Shown here: piece after piece, positions 51,217-64,000 of the stretch
Layout of the letters: the number at the start of each line of letters is the position of its first letter
Position numbering within the stretch: the first letter of the stretch is position 1
Source: Octopus vulgaris
Lineage: Eukaryota
Assembly (NCBI GenBank): GCA_951406725.2
Contig: OX597817.1
Span: 139,500,001 to 139,564,000, forward strand
Length of the DNA: 64,000 nt
Direction of reading: 5' to 3'
Position numbers and translations under genes: made by a program
The notes under the pieces: generated by a model
Seen by the model: the letters and a program-made list of their open reading frames with translations, nothing else
Database searches by the model: none
Told to the model about the DNA's origin: nothing

Positions 51217-51948
51217 CATCATTGTTAACGTCCGTTTTCCATGCTAGCATGGGTTGGATGGTTCAACCGGGGTCTGGGAAGCCAGAAGGCTGCACTAGGC
51301 TCCAGTCTGATCTGGCACTGTTTCTACAGCTGGATGCCCAACCTGGTGTGGCTATGTGGTGTATACATTTATGCATGTTAGTTACTTTTTGCTTTGCCAT
51401 TTCATTAATGTCTTCTAAGAAGACATGAAGCACTATCAGAGAATGTTCACTGAAATGTCATCTCCATGATGACTGTTGCTAAGCTACTGACAAATTTGTC
51501 ATAACTTGCCTCACTACTTGGAACATAAACACTCAGAACAAATATTTCAAACTATTTTGCCCAATGTCTTAATTCTCACTCCAACCCATAACTCTGGACT
51601 CGTATTTTGTTTTATTGACCCTACAATGATGACAGGTAAAAATAATCTCAATGGGATTTGAACTGAGAGCTTAAAGAGCCAAAGAACTACTATGAAGTAT
51701 TCTGTCCAGTGCTATAAAAATTCTGCCCATCCCTCCCACCAACCTTTCTTCTATACTCAGACGTATAAGCACACATAGATAGGCATGACTACTTCTTGGC
51801 GTTTGTTTCACATTAAAAGTGCAAAAGTTCTGTGAATGTCATGATGTCACCCTTTAATTGATAAAACAAATTATGGAAAACGAAGATAATGTATCCTGCT
51901 TAAGTAACATTGATTCATTGGCAATATATTGTAATGTTGTTTATTCAG

Positions 51949-52106
51949 AACCTTATCCACCAATGCCAAAATCAGCTTTAGCAAAGAAGGGGAAAATTCA
52001 AGTGCCTGAAGAAGAGGAATCATTTAGTGAAGGTGAAAGGAACCTGGAAGAATCCAATGGAAGAAAAAGTGAGGATAATGAAAATGTCATTGATGATTTA
52101 GAGAGA
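51949..52106 (+). CDS. C2H2 zinc-finger gene, exon 6
   Basis: ttattcAG acceptor; (K)PYPPMPKSALAKKGKIQVPEEEESFSEGERNLEESNGRKSEDNENVIDDLER; AGA|GTAAGT donor, phase 0. Confidence 0.82.
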
Positions 52107-52400
52107 GTAAGTAACATTTTCTGATTGGCTTTTGTATTGTTTGCAAAGGATAGAAAGTGATTTGAGAGTAGAAACTAGTGCTGGTTGAAGCATGTGCAGA
52201 GTCTTATTTTTATTTGGTTTCAGTTGAAAGCTAGGATAGTGAAAGACAAATGGTAGAAATCTAGATCTTCACATTCTGTTGTCAAAATTGTAGTTTTTTG
52301 ATTTTTTCTTTTAAAGTAAGAGCATGTAGGCATTTGAAATAAGGTAAAGGAATTTGTTGAAATGAAAATCCTTTATTTTTCTTTTTCACTTCTATTCCAG

Positions 52401-52536
52401 AAAACTGCTTTACATTGCATCCGAGAACTAAAAGCCCGAAAGAAAGATGAGAAAATTTCCCTTACTTGCCAAATTTGTTTGAACAAAACTTTTACAGCTA
52501 GTGCAACACTAATGTATCACTATCGCAGTCATGCTG
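52401..52536 (+). CDS. C2H2 zinc-finger gene, exon 7 (finger 1)
   Basis: tattccAG acceptor; KTALHCIRELKARKKDEKISLTCQICLNKTFTASATLMYHYRSHA; G|GTAAGT donor, phase 1. Confidence 0.9.
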
Positions 52537-53745
52537 GTAAGTGAAATGAAGTAATCAAAGCCCAAGGTCTGATATTTTGGGGGATCGTGTGTGTGTGTGT
52601 GTGTGGTGGGGCTAGTCAATTACTTTGACCTCTGTGCTCAACTGGTATTTTGTATCGACTCCAAAAGACAAAATTAATCTGAGTGGAATTTGAGCAAAGC
52701 ATCTTGTTCCTCTGTGCTAACAATTCTGCCAGCTTACCACTTTGAATTAATGTAATATTTGTTTCTACTCTTGGCACAAGACCCAAAATTTTGGGGGAGG
52801 GGGCCAGTTGATTAGATCAACCCCAGTACACAACTGGTACTTAATTTACTCACCCCGAAAGGATGAAAGGCAAAGTCAATCTTGGCGAAATTTTAACTCA
52901 GAACGTAAAGGCAGACGAAATACTGCTAAGCATTTCGCTTGGAAATTAATCTAATATTAATCTTTGTTCTGATCTCAGACCTTATTCCCATTTAATAGTG
53001 AGATCTTCATATACCATCATTGCAACCGGATCAACTAAGTTCCTTTGAAGCTTTGAGTCTTTAGAAATAGCTGCTATAATAATTCAAGATGTAAAGGATA
53101 AAAATAACCTGAAGGGGTGGGGATAAAAACAAAGAGAATCACCTACAGGAATTGAATGACATTTGTGCCATGATACCATTCATCTCTACAAATAAAGTTT
53201 GTGCAAATAATGTTAATTTTAGATGGTTGAAAGTCAGTAGGTCTCTTCAATCTAGTGGTTGCAGCCATCTAGTCTATAGCAAACACATTGTTCGATTCCT
53301 GGATGTGATTCACTCCCCTTTTATTTGACTAAGGCTTATTTTACCGGTTATATCATGAGCTGTTATAGTTTCATTTGCATTTGTGCAGCTCTTTAAAAAG
53401 CCTTTTTTAATTTAATGTTTTGTGTGACCCAGTTTCTCTCTTTTGGTTGTTTCCTTGTTAATAACTATCTGGATCAACATATTGTTTTAAAGTTTTTATC
53501 ATTCATTCTAAAGTCAACTGTTAATTTTAGCTGCATAAAATGTCATTAATAAGCATTTATAAAGTGAATTTTAATGGTTGTAATTATTTTGTAATGAAAC
53601 TGTATCAAGTGTTTTTAAAGCTGTACACTGTATATAAATGTGAGATGGCTGTTTGATATAATTTTAATTAAATGATTCTCTATTTCTCTTTAAAGATTTG
53701 AAATTAATGTTTTTTTTTATATTTTATCTGGGCACTTGTTTTCAG

Positions 53746-53891
53746 GGATCAAACCTTTTGTGTGCCTTCTATGCAGAACATCATTTACCAGACAACACAG
53801 TCTCAATTATCATATGCTAATTCATAATGACCAAAGTCGATTCACATGTAAAGACTGTGGGAGAAAATTTAGACATCCGAGCCATTTTAAG
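53746..53891 (+). CDS. C2H2 zinc-finger gene, exon 8 (finger 2 and half of finger 3); not in the ORF track
   Basis: gttttcAG acceptor; (G)IKPFVCLLCRTSFTRQHSLNYHMLIHNDQSRFTCKDCGRKFRHPSHFK; AAG|GTAACT donor, phase 0. Confidence 0.92.
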
Positions 53892-55794
53892 GTAACTTGA
53901 GTTGCTTTAATGTTACTGTTGTTGTAAGATGTAATAGTTAAGTAAAAAATGTATTAGTTGTGAGTTTATATTTTGTTGCTGTATAAGATGGTTGACAGTG
54001 ATTTCCTGTTTCTTTTAGTATGTGATGTGATGTTCTTATTTTGTCAAATTATCATTTCAATCCGATCTCTAACTGTAGGGGGAACCTGTGGTAGAGGTAG
54101 GCACAGGAAGACATAGGATGAGGTGGTGAAGCATGATCTTCAAATGTTGGGCCTCACAGAGGCAATGACTAGTGACTGAGACCATTGGCGATATGCTGTG
54201 CTTGGGAATACCCGTCAAGCCAAGTGAAATCGTAGTCGTGGCTGATGCAGGTGTCACGTAACTAGTACCCATGCTGGTGGCACATAGAAAGCACCTTTTG
54301 AATGTTCTCACAGGGGCAAGGTGACTGGTGCCAGTGGAATGTGAAAAGCACCTTTCGAGCGTTGGGTCTCACAGAGGCAATGACAAATGACCGAGACATT
54401 TGGTATTATGCCATGCTTGAGAAGACTCATCAAGCCAAGCGGCAGTGACTCCTCCTCCTCCTCCATAAGCTCAAGTGTGTGAGGCATTTAATAATCGTGT
54501 TTCTAGAGACTGGAGACTCAGAACAAATCCTCCTTGGTCTATTTAACAAATCGTTTTGATTTTATAATTAAAATACAATATAAGCTGGTATTCTAAGATG
54601 AAGTTGTGTCATTATTTTCTGCAGAAAATAGAATCAACACCTTTGCAGATATCAGTTGGGATTATTATAGAGAGATATGATGAGTTTTCATGTTGAAGCT
54701 ATTTCATAGTCTTTGAGACAGTAGCAGTAGGTAAGGTACTGGTAGCTAGGAATTGTCTTTGATGCTTGGTTACTTTATGCTGCTAATAGAACAACATTGC
54801 AACTTCTCATAGCCTTCCACTAAAAATTGACAGCCTTTATATCTAACACTAAAAAAGAAACCTTCAACTGAGTTAGAGAGTAAAATAGTTGTTGGATCTG
54901 AGAGGTGAAGGATTATTTTGGTTTGTTCATAGAGGAATGTAAAGATTGGTTATTAAAGATAAATTTTGCAAATATTCGGGTCTGAACTTTGACGAGTGAA
55001 TTTTTCAGGTTAAGTTGTAATTATAATTAGTATCAGAGCTTATGTGTATGAATTGTGGAATCTATTTGCTAATATTGTGATACCTCTTTTCATTGTTGTC
55101 TCCTTTTTCTAATCAGACGAAATACAGCCAAAAGGAGTTTGTTCTCTTATTCGAATCATAACCAGTATAGACAACCTTCCTTTTTGGCTTATATTTTATT
55201 GATGAAATAGATTTAAATATATATGTACTAGTTTAGGCGTGGGTATATGTGGAATAATGATGTTTTTATATTTGGTTTTCTATGTTTGGTAAGAAGATAT
55301 ACTGTATTTGACGGCATGAAAGATGCACAAGCATATTAGACACCTCCCACCTATTTCAGCAGTACATAGTCATAAAAAAATTTATTAGTGCATTAAAACA
55401 CATAATATAGGCCCAACTTCGCATAGAGATGATTTTTTGGTGATATTTATAAAAATACAAAATGCAGCTTATAAGCATTCAAATATGATAGCCTTGGCAG
55501 AACATTTGAAAGTAGGCTATTTTACAAATCTGTATATGAAATTGCTGTTTGTCACAAGTTACAAGATTCAAACAAATTGAATTTAACTATCTTTGATCAC
55601 AAAACAAAAACTGTTACTTTTCTTGCTACCACTTTGAGTGATTACAGGGATTTTTGTGTTAGCAGGAGGATCAAATTGTTGATACCCTCAATATTTAGTT
55701 TCCAATTGAAAACTGTGTAAACCCTATAATCATGAACATAAAGAACAAATTTTTCATTTGTTTTGTCTTGTTTTTTTTTTTACTTTTCCTCAAG

Positions 55795-56046
55795 GAACAC
55801 CTACGGCGGCATACAGGAGAAACTCCTTTTGAATGCAAAGACTGTCCTCAAAAATTCAAAACCCGTAATACATATAAAAGACATTTGAAAACACGACATG
55901 GGAAATTGCTAACTGCAACAGGCATCCATGTGTTATCCAAAGAAGAGTTTATGAAGGTAAGGACCAAACCATACAAAAAGTATCAAGGTGTAAAAGACAC
56001 AGAAGCAGTTGTAGACCAGGTAAACGTTGGATTAAATGAATCATGA
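55795..56046 (+). CDS. C2H2 zinc-finger gene, terminal exon 9 (end of finger 3, TGETPF linker, finger 4, stop)
   Basis: Long polypyrimidine tract with an aAG acceptor; EHLRRHTGETPFECKDCPQKFKTRNTYKRHLKTRHGK...GLNES*. The summed CDS is 2034 nt = 677 aa plus stop. Confidence 0.92.
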   Translation, partial: EHLRRHTGETPFECKDCPQKFKTRNTYKRHLKTRHGKLLTATGIHVLSKEEFMKVRTKPYKKYQGVKDTEAVVDQVNVGLNES

Positions 56047-57277
56047 TTGGTTGGTCCTTATCTGGAATCCTTGCTGATAGCAACATAAAACACTGCTTCA
56101 CTATTTTCATCAACATCTGCTATTGTAGTTAATTCAGCAGAGATGAAGCATGGTCTTCTTCCCTACTACAAAGCATATCAGTAGGTACAGCATTACAAAC
56201 AAAGATGTGGTCATTTGTAAAATGTGTATTGGCTACAGAATACTTAACTGTATCAGTTTGCAATATAGGACTTATTAATACATCAGGAAAATGGCCTTTG
56301 TGGTGGACTCTAATTCTATAAAACACAGAATCTCTTGTACAATTATTTAATTGGATCTTGTCTGATTGATTCTTATCTGGAATGTATTTGAAATGTGAAT
56401 TGATTCAGATACCATGTAAAATACTGAGAAGTTTAGAATTATGTGAAGAAAACGATTCTCCTTCATGGTTGAGTGATTAACAATTCCAGCAAATAAATGG
56501 ATCTACAGAGTCTTTGAAGCCATTACCATGGAAATTTATCAAATAATAGGGATGGGGACCAGAAAACAGAATATATTTGGTATAATGCATCTATACATAG
56601 AATGTTGATTGGACTTGTTCCCCATCTGAAATTTGTTTGCAATATAGTGCCTCTAAATAAATGAAGAAAGCCACCAATTGAACTGTTACTGAATGATCAA
56701 ATTGCACCTATTTGGTTCACATTTGGAACCTATAACTTTGTGCCTGTAAATATTTGAAGAACATAACAGCCTAAAGAAACGTTTGTTAGACTGTCTGGCT
56801 GTATACCATCTCAATGGTGCTTGACTTGGAATTTAGCAGTCAATCCATAGCATTTATTTTATTTTTGCATGAACACTTCATAACCAAGCAGTAACATGTA
56901 AGGAAAGAAATATTTCTCATATAAGCCAGATATTTAACTATTTTAATATCTATATCTTTATCATTTCTATACATACATACATACATACATATATATATAT
57001 GTATGTGTTTGATGGCCAAAATGTTGTTACACAACGATATATACATTTTCATAAGCATTTGCTTAAGTGGTTTTCTATTAGGAATTCTGCGTTTCTCAAG
57101 GACAAGAATCTCTTTTAGTTTTGTTAATGTGATCTAAAGTAAAGTGCAGCAATTTATTTACTCTTTGATAGAGTACAATGCCTCATTGAGGTTCAGACCA
57201 CAAGACTCAACGGTCAAGTCTTATTTCTCTCAGTCATTAAGTAAGTTTAATGTAACATACATACACACATATATGTA

Positions 57278-57341
<64 letters not shown>

Positions 57342-58059
57342 GTATATATATATGTGTGTGTGTGTGTGTGTGCGTATATATGTATATATTATGTGTATTA
57401 TTTGTTGATCAGCTTACTGAAAAACAAAATATTACTGATGATGAGACTATACACTTAGTAGAGTAATGATAATATTGATTTGACTGGAACTCCTTTAACA
57501 GCATATTCAATCAAGTTCAAAAGGTCCTTAAAGGTGAAACTTGAAGTCCCAGTTAAACCATATATATATATATTAAACAGTAATTGTGAACAAAATTCAA
57601 GAATGAGAAATAAGATCGAGCATATTAAATGACACCATATTTCATATTATAATACTCCAAGTATATATGTCTTATCAACTGAATAGGCATGTTGTAAGGA
57701 TTAACACATATGCCCAGGAGACAAGATATATTTGGTTTCATTCTCAGTAGCAGTTCTCTTTGTTGTTCATTTTTCAATTACTGTTATCTATAAATATGTG
57801 CTGTTTAATATTTGTCTCCATCAGAAATATCTGCCGTTAATTGTGTGAAATGATTTTTCTTCAGAATGGGGGATTTCAAATAAAGCTATATAAAAAATCA
57901 CATAAATATTGGATTGAAAACCTCTGAATTGAAAAGTCAAAGGCAACCATTGACTTTTATCATCCCAAAGGGCTCTTAACCCAATATTTATCTGTTATTA
58001 TATATAAATTTATTAACTCCAAGATTTGCCATTCCTAAAGGATATACATCTATGGTTAA

Positions 58060-58189
58060 CATATATATGTATATATATATATATCTGTATGTATGTATGT
58101 ATGTATGTATATATGTATGTATATATATGTATGTATGTATGTATATATATATATATATGTATATATATATGTATATATATATATGTATG

Positions 58190-58234
<45 letters not shown>

Positions 58235-58454
58235 AAATATGTATGTACATATATATATATATGTATGTATTTATATGTATATATATTTGTATACATTATA
58301 TATATATGTATATATATATATATATGTATGTATGTATATATGTATGTATATATGTATGTATGTATGTATATATGTATGTATGTATATATGTATGTATGTA
58401 TGTATATATATATATGTATGTATATATATATGTTTATATATATATATATGTATG

Positions 58455-58515
<61 letters not shown>

Positions 58516-58712
58516 CTGTATGTATGTATATATATATATGCATGTATATATATATATATATGTATGTATGTATATATATATATGTATGTATGTATGTATA
58601 TATATATATATGTATATATGTATGTATATATATGTATATATGTATTTGTATGTATGTATATATATATATATGTATATATGTATTTGTATGTATGTATATA
58701 TATATATGTATG

Positions 58713-58747
<35 letters not shown>

Positions 58748-58800
58748 ATCTGTGTATGTATATATATGTATCTGTGTATGTGTATATATATATATACATA
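58060..58800. repeat. Compound TA/TATG microsatellite
   Basis: Read directly from the sequence. Confidence 0.95.
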
Positions 58801-58895
58801 ATTAATAATATCAGGGTAATAAAGATTTTAGAAATTTTTTACTACCAGTGGTCTAGCGTACAGAAAAATTAGTCAATAGGCTATGTATTATTCAC

Positions 58896-59153
58896 ATAAA
58901 ATACAGTGTACATTTAAACACATTACGAAGTTTCCATCATAGGAATCTTTTACACTAGAAAGAACAGCTAAAGTCCAAACCACTAATTAGGAATAAATTC
59001 TCGAAGAGAATGAAAAATGTAAATGTTTTTATTTTTCATTCCCTTCGAGAATTTATCCCTAATTAGTGGTTTGGACTTTACCTGTTCTTTCTAGCGTAAA
59101 GGATTCCTATGATAGAACCCTTTTAAAGTGTTTAAATGTACACTGTATTTTAT
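58896..59153. repeat. Fold-back: 123-bp inverted arms with a 12-nt loop
   Basis: 58896-59018 versus 59031-59153: ungapped, 11 mismatches by manual count. Confidence 0.95.
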
Positions 59154-59170
59154 ATATATATATATATATA

Positions 59171-59503
59171 TATTGTTAAATTTTAGGATGGTAATTTTTT
59201 TTTCCAAAATAAATACACACATATATTCATTCTTCTCTTCAGCTTTGTAGTTGTTCTTACTTTAGAGCCCTTTGACTGAAATCTTTCATCACATGTCCTG
59301 TGACCTCTTCAGTGACTCTTCATCCCATGTGTCTTCTTTGGTTTGGTTTTGTTCATTCTGACAGAATTGACTGAGAAGAAAGATTTCAGACAGACCGCTC
59401 CAAAATAAACACACAAATAAATGTGAAGGGGAGAACTAATATATAGTGCATGTGTTTTATTTAGCAAAGAAAAAAAAAACTCACCCTTTCAAAATATAAC
59501 AAT
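59171..59503. repeat. Degenerate fold-back of about 330 bp between (TA)n tracts
   Basis: tattgttaaatttt/aaaatataacaata outer ends; ctgaaatctttc/gaaagatttcag inner match. Confidence 0.7.
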
Positions 59504-59554
59504 ACTTGTTTCAACACATAATTTCACATCAGAGACTTCCTGTACCCATGTATT

Positions 59555-59555
59555 C

Positions 59556-59610
<55 letters not shown>

Positions 59611-59699
59611 TATATACTTTGATAGGTTTCGGCCAGTACTGGACCAGGTCATGTCTAACTTAATAGCACCAGATATATCTATGTATATATAATCACATA

Positions 59700-59740
<41 letters not shown>

Positions 59741-59756
59741 TTTGTGTATATATATT

Positions 59757-59791
<35 letters not shown>

Positions 59792-59812
59792 TTATTTTTG
59801 TGTATATATATT

Positions 59813-59843
<31 letters not shown>

Positions 59844-59913
59844 TTATTTTTGTGTATATATATTTATATATATATATATATATTATATATATATATATAT
59901 ATATATTTATTTT

Positions 59914-59956
<43 letters not shown>

Positions 59957-60240
59957 GTATATATATTTATATATGTGTATATATATTTGTATATATATAT
60001 GTGTGTATATACATTTATTTATATATATTTGTGTATATGTATATATATATGTGTTTGTGTGTGTATATATATATATATATACACACACACATACATATAT
60101 ATATGCATACATGTATATGTATTCATATATATATATATATATATATATACTTATGTCTATGTATACATATGTTTATGTATGAGTGTGTATGTATATGTTT
60201 ATGTGTATGTATGTATATGTGTGTGTATGCATATATGTAT
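59555..60240. repeat. Compound TA/TG microsatellite with higher-order tatttatttttgtgta units
   Basis: Read directly from the sequence. Confidence 0.9.
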
Positions 60241-61088
60241 GAGGTCTGATGAATAAGTATCCAGGCTGTTGCCATAGTAATAAAGCTAACGCATGCAGAG
60301 TGAAGCTGCTTGGCACAGTTTCACCCTGTTCTTTTGTGCGCATGCGCACTAAGTTCTAGCTCACTTTTGCTGTTTACAGCAGTGCTTGGAAGGAAGTGTA
60401 TAATGTGTGATCATTACATTGACCATGACAGAAAGTTGAGCAGAGAATCTGCATCAACTTTTGCTTGGCGATACCTGCTCAGAGGCGTACACAAAGTTTT
60501 CATCATTCTCGACACAATCAAGATTTTATGCAACTAAAACCTGAGTGTCTTTTTGGTCAGCTGAAAGCAGTTTTGGCACAAACTTGGCTGACACGTGTCT
60601 CACACCCAGATCTTCAGTGATAATGGACTTAACCGGACTGTAACTAATCTGCACATACACTGATAACTCACGGAAGTGATTTGACAATTTTCCTTCACAG
60701 CTGCACACATATCTGTGATGTTTTTATCAGATCTGTTGGTTACGGGTCTCCCAGAACATTCGGCAGTATTACCATTCTTTTGGCCATCTTGAGAACATCT
60801 GAACCACTCATAATCTTCTGTGCAGCTCATACACTCCCCACCCCTTACACTTTCTGCAACTTTGCCTAAGCCTCTGAGCTGGTATTGCCATGACAACTGT
60901 CTCTGTCATGGTCAATGCGACAATCACACACTACACACCTTCCTTCTATGCACTGCAGCGGAAGTGAGCTGGAACATTAAGGCTTTCTGCACATACACAG
61001 TGGAATTCAGGGTTAATCTTTTCCAACTGGCTTCACTCTGCGTGCTTTAGCTTTGTTACTATAGCAAATACTTATAGATCAGACCTCT
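60240..61088. mobile_element. Mariner-derived element with long inverted ends and transposase N-terminal fragments on both strands
   Basis: gaggtctgat...aaagctaacgcatgcagagtgaagc pairs with gcttcactctgcgtgctttagcttt...atcagacctc, flanked by TA. Minus-strand SGRP...IITEDLGVRHVSAKFVPKLLSADQK resembles the mariner WVPxxL region. Confidence 0.8.
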
Positions 61089-61099
61089 TATATATGCGC

Positions 61100-61165
<66 letters not shown>

Positions 61166-61493
61166 GCATATATATATACATATGTCTGTGTGTATGTGTA
61201 TATTTATATGTATGTATGTCTATATGTGTGTGTGTGTGTGTAAGCATGTATGTTTATGTATATATATACTTGTATGTATATTTACATATATATGTGTATG
61301 TATATATATGTATATTTCTGTATATATGTATGTATATTTATTTATATATATACATATATATATGTATGTTTGTATATTTATTCATATGTATATATATATG
61401 TATGTATATTTATATATATGTATATTCATATATATATTTATATGTATGTATGTGTGTGTGTGTATATATATATATATATACAATATATATGTA

Positions 61494-62317
61494 CAAGGTG
61501 CAGTAAATAAATTGTCGTCTACATTACACAGAGATGAAAATAATACTGACATCTCATTTTAACTGATATATCTACCAAAATTACATAAGAATTTCTTGAG
61601 ATACTAAAGAGTAAATTTATTCAATAAAATCGCCATTGGCTTCAACCATGGCCTCCAGAAAACTTTGGAATCTCCTGCAACTCTTCTGGACAGTCTCCTT
61701 GTTTAAGTTGGTGAATGCTGCCATAATCCTTGTCTTCCATTTATCTTTGGTGTTACAAGGAATTTTGTTGGTCTGTCACTCAGCTGCACCATACACATAA
61801 TAACCAAGAGGGTTGCAGTCTGGGGAGTTAGGGGTGATGTGGTTGCAAAAATTGTCTGACAACCATGATTGGGTTCTCCTGCTTGTGTGACATGGTGCAG
61901 CGTCCTGCTGCCAGACATAGGGTCTTCCAGCAGCCACCCTCTTGAACCGGGGCATTACTACCTCCTCCAGGCACTTAATGTAGGCCTAGGTGTTACATCT
62001 AAGATGGTGTGGGAAGATGAATGGAGGCATAGCGTCACCATCACTAATGATCACTCCAAATACCATGATGCTGACTGGATGCTTGATTTTTATCACTCAT
62101 CTCTTTGACACCCAAACACTCTGACATGCTCATATTGGAGCGTCCAGTGCAAATACCAAGCAGTACAGCATGTCGTTTCCGAAATTCTGGCTGCGTGAAT
62201 TGCACCATGGTGCTGTTTTTCTCACAGATGGTGCCCAAATGACCCAACTATACTGTGTGGTTGACAAAACCAAAAACCAAAAATATAAAATGGCAACAAT
62301 TTACCCATTGCACTTTG
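61494..62317 (-). mobile_element. Second copy of the maT (DD37D) deletion derivative
   Basis: Reverse complement aligns by eye along the length of 913-1778; degenerate TIRs caaggtgcagtaaataaattg / caatttacccattgcactttg. Confidence 0.85.
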
Positions 62318-62383
62318 TGTGTGTGTGTGTGTGTGTATATATATGTTTATATGTATGTATGTGTGTATGTATGCACAGGTATG

Positions 62384-62419
<36 letters not shown>

Positions 62420-62566
62420 TACATACATATATATACATACACATATATATATACATACACACATATACATATCTATATATACATACATATACATACCTAT
62501 ATATAGATACATACATATACATATCTATATACATACATACATATACATATAAATACACACACACAC

Positions 62567-62644
<78 letters not shown>

Positions 62645-62797
62645 AGATATATATGTATGTAGATATATATGTATGAATGTATATGTATGTTTGTATATAT
62701 ATATATGTTTGTATGTATATGTACGTATATGTATGTTTATATATATATATATGTGTGTGTGTGTATATATATGTATGTATATAGATATATGCATATA

Positions 62798-62839
<42 letters not shown>

Positions 62840-62963
62840 TGTATATATTATGTATATATATGCATGAATATATTTATATATATATATGCATGTATATATT
62901 ATATATATATATGCATGTATATATTTATATATATGTATGTATATATATATATATGTATGTATA

Positions 62964-62994
<31 letters not shown>

Positions 62995-63285
62995 GTATGT
63001 ATTTATATATATATATGTATATATGTATGTATATATATATATATATATATATATGTACTTATATATATATATATATGTACTTATATGTATATATATGTAT
63101 TTATATGTATATATATGTGTGTGTGTGTATTTATATGTATATGTATGTATGTATATATGTATATGTATGTATCTATATATAGGTATGTATATGTATGTAT
63201 ATATAGATATGTATATGTGTGTATGTATATATGTATGTGTATGTATATATATGTATGTATGTGTGTGTGTATATATATATATATT
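62318..63285. repeat. Compound microsatellite containing an inverted duplication of about 185 bp
   Basis: About 62395-62582 is the reverse complement of about 63103-63282. Confidence 0.9.
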
Positions 63286-64000
63286 TTCATTGTCTTTTGA
63301 GCCATATATTAAACACATACATTCAAACAGTTTATTCCCTTGTCCTTTTCTGCTCTGTTCTTAGTATCAAAGTGCTTTGTGATTGAGCCAGAGTCTGATT
63401 TCTGGTAATCTCTCTATCTTCATGATGCACAGTATCAGTGGATTGGTCTAACATGAACACTAAGTGTTTCGTACTATCTTCTATATAAATGGAAGGAGTA
63501 CGTTTAATAGTGCATGTGTTTATTGTATGGGGAAGACCCTCTTAATACACAATTTTGAGTCAGATAACTTGCCAAATACTTATAAAATATGCTGTGTACA
63601 CATATATATATTTCCCCTATATTGTGCATGTTTGTGTAAAAATACTCATAATAATGCACTTTTGTCAAATCTTAAAAGTATTTTTATAATCTGTGAAAAT
63701 TGTTTCACTAAAAACTATATTATTGAAAACAGATGTTTAATAATCTTTCCATTCATGAGAAGAAAAAGCCTAGGAATCAATGCTTTTTATATTCATATCT
63801 GCAAGAGAAATTATATTTTTAATCAATCTATATGGTAACTTATCACAATAATGTCCAAGTTTGACGCCTAAATTTTGGTCGTTTTTGGGGCTATGATTCA
63901 TTTCCTCCCTAAGTGTTTGATTTCACTGATATTTTCATCATTTGTAAATTTGATTTCAATTTATCTGATTGGTCATGCATCTAAGTATCACTTCAGCTTT

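Noticed and set aside
60248-60256. CTGATGA as a hammerhead core (also at 2261)
   Set aside because: No stem II-GAAA-stem III follows. One lies in a mariner TIR and the other is antisense to a kinase exon.
57988-63364. Long ORFs rich in Y/I/C/V/M/H/T (also at 10249-10723, 17583-18531 and 26917-27577)
   Set aside because: These are translations of TA/TG/CA microsatellites, which lack stop codons.

Overview
AT-rich, microsatellite-laden animal genomic DNA. The repeat repertoire suggests a coleoid cephalopod, probably Octopus; this is an inference and no search was run. Two intron-containing genes are arranged head-to-head. On the minus strand lie the first three coding exons of a CDKL2/3-type kinase (6993-6826, 4765-4571, 2301-2120; the gene runs off the left edge), whose activation loop reads T-G-Y instead of the usual CDKL T-D-Y. 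On the plus strand, a 9-exon C2H2 zinc-finger gene (ATG 26023 to TGA 56046, about 677 aa) assembles in frame from GT-AG junctions. Just upstream of that ATG is a CpG-rich, mirror-symmetric module (25554-25887): two inverted arms of about 95 bp flank tandem GTAAATA repeats. It is a candidate bidirectional promoter or a pair of divergent structured RNAs. Most remaining sequence is transposon debris: RTE LINEs (with a PHD finger inside the RT region), CR1-like, Tx1-like and R4/Dong-like LINEs, tRNA-derived SINEs, and maT and mariner remnants. The most striking non-genic signal is a dispersed set of minimal hammerhead-ribozyme motifs. They occur in fold-back elements, in a tRNA-headed SINE-like element and downstream of a Penelope GIY-YIG remnant, which suggests a Penelope/retrozyme-type mobile RNA system. 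Most copies look decayed. All alignments and structures were read by eye, and repeat boundaries are approximate.
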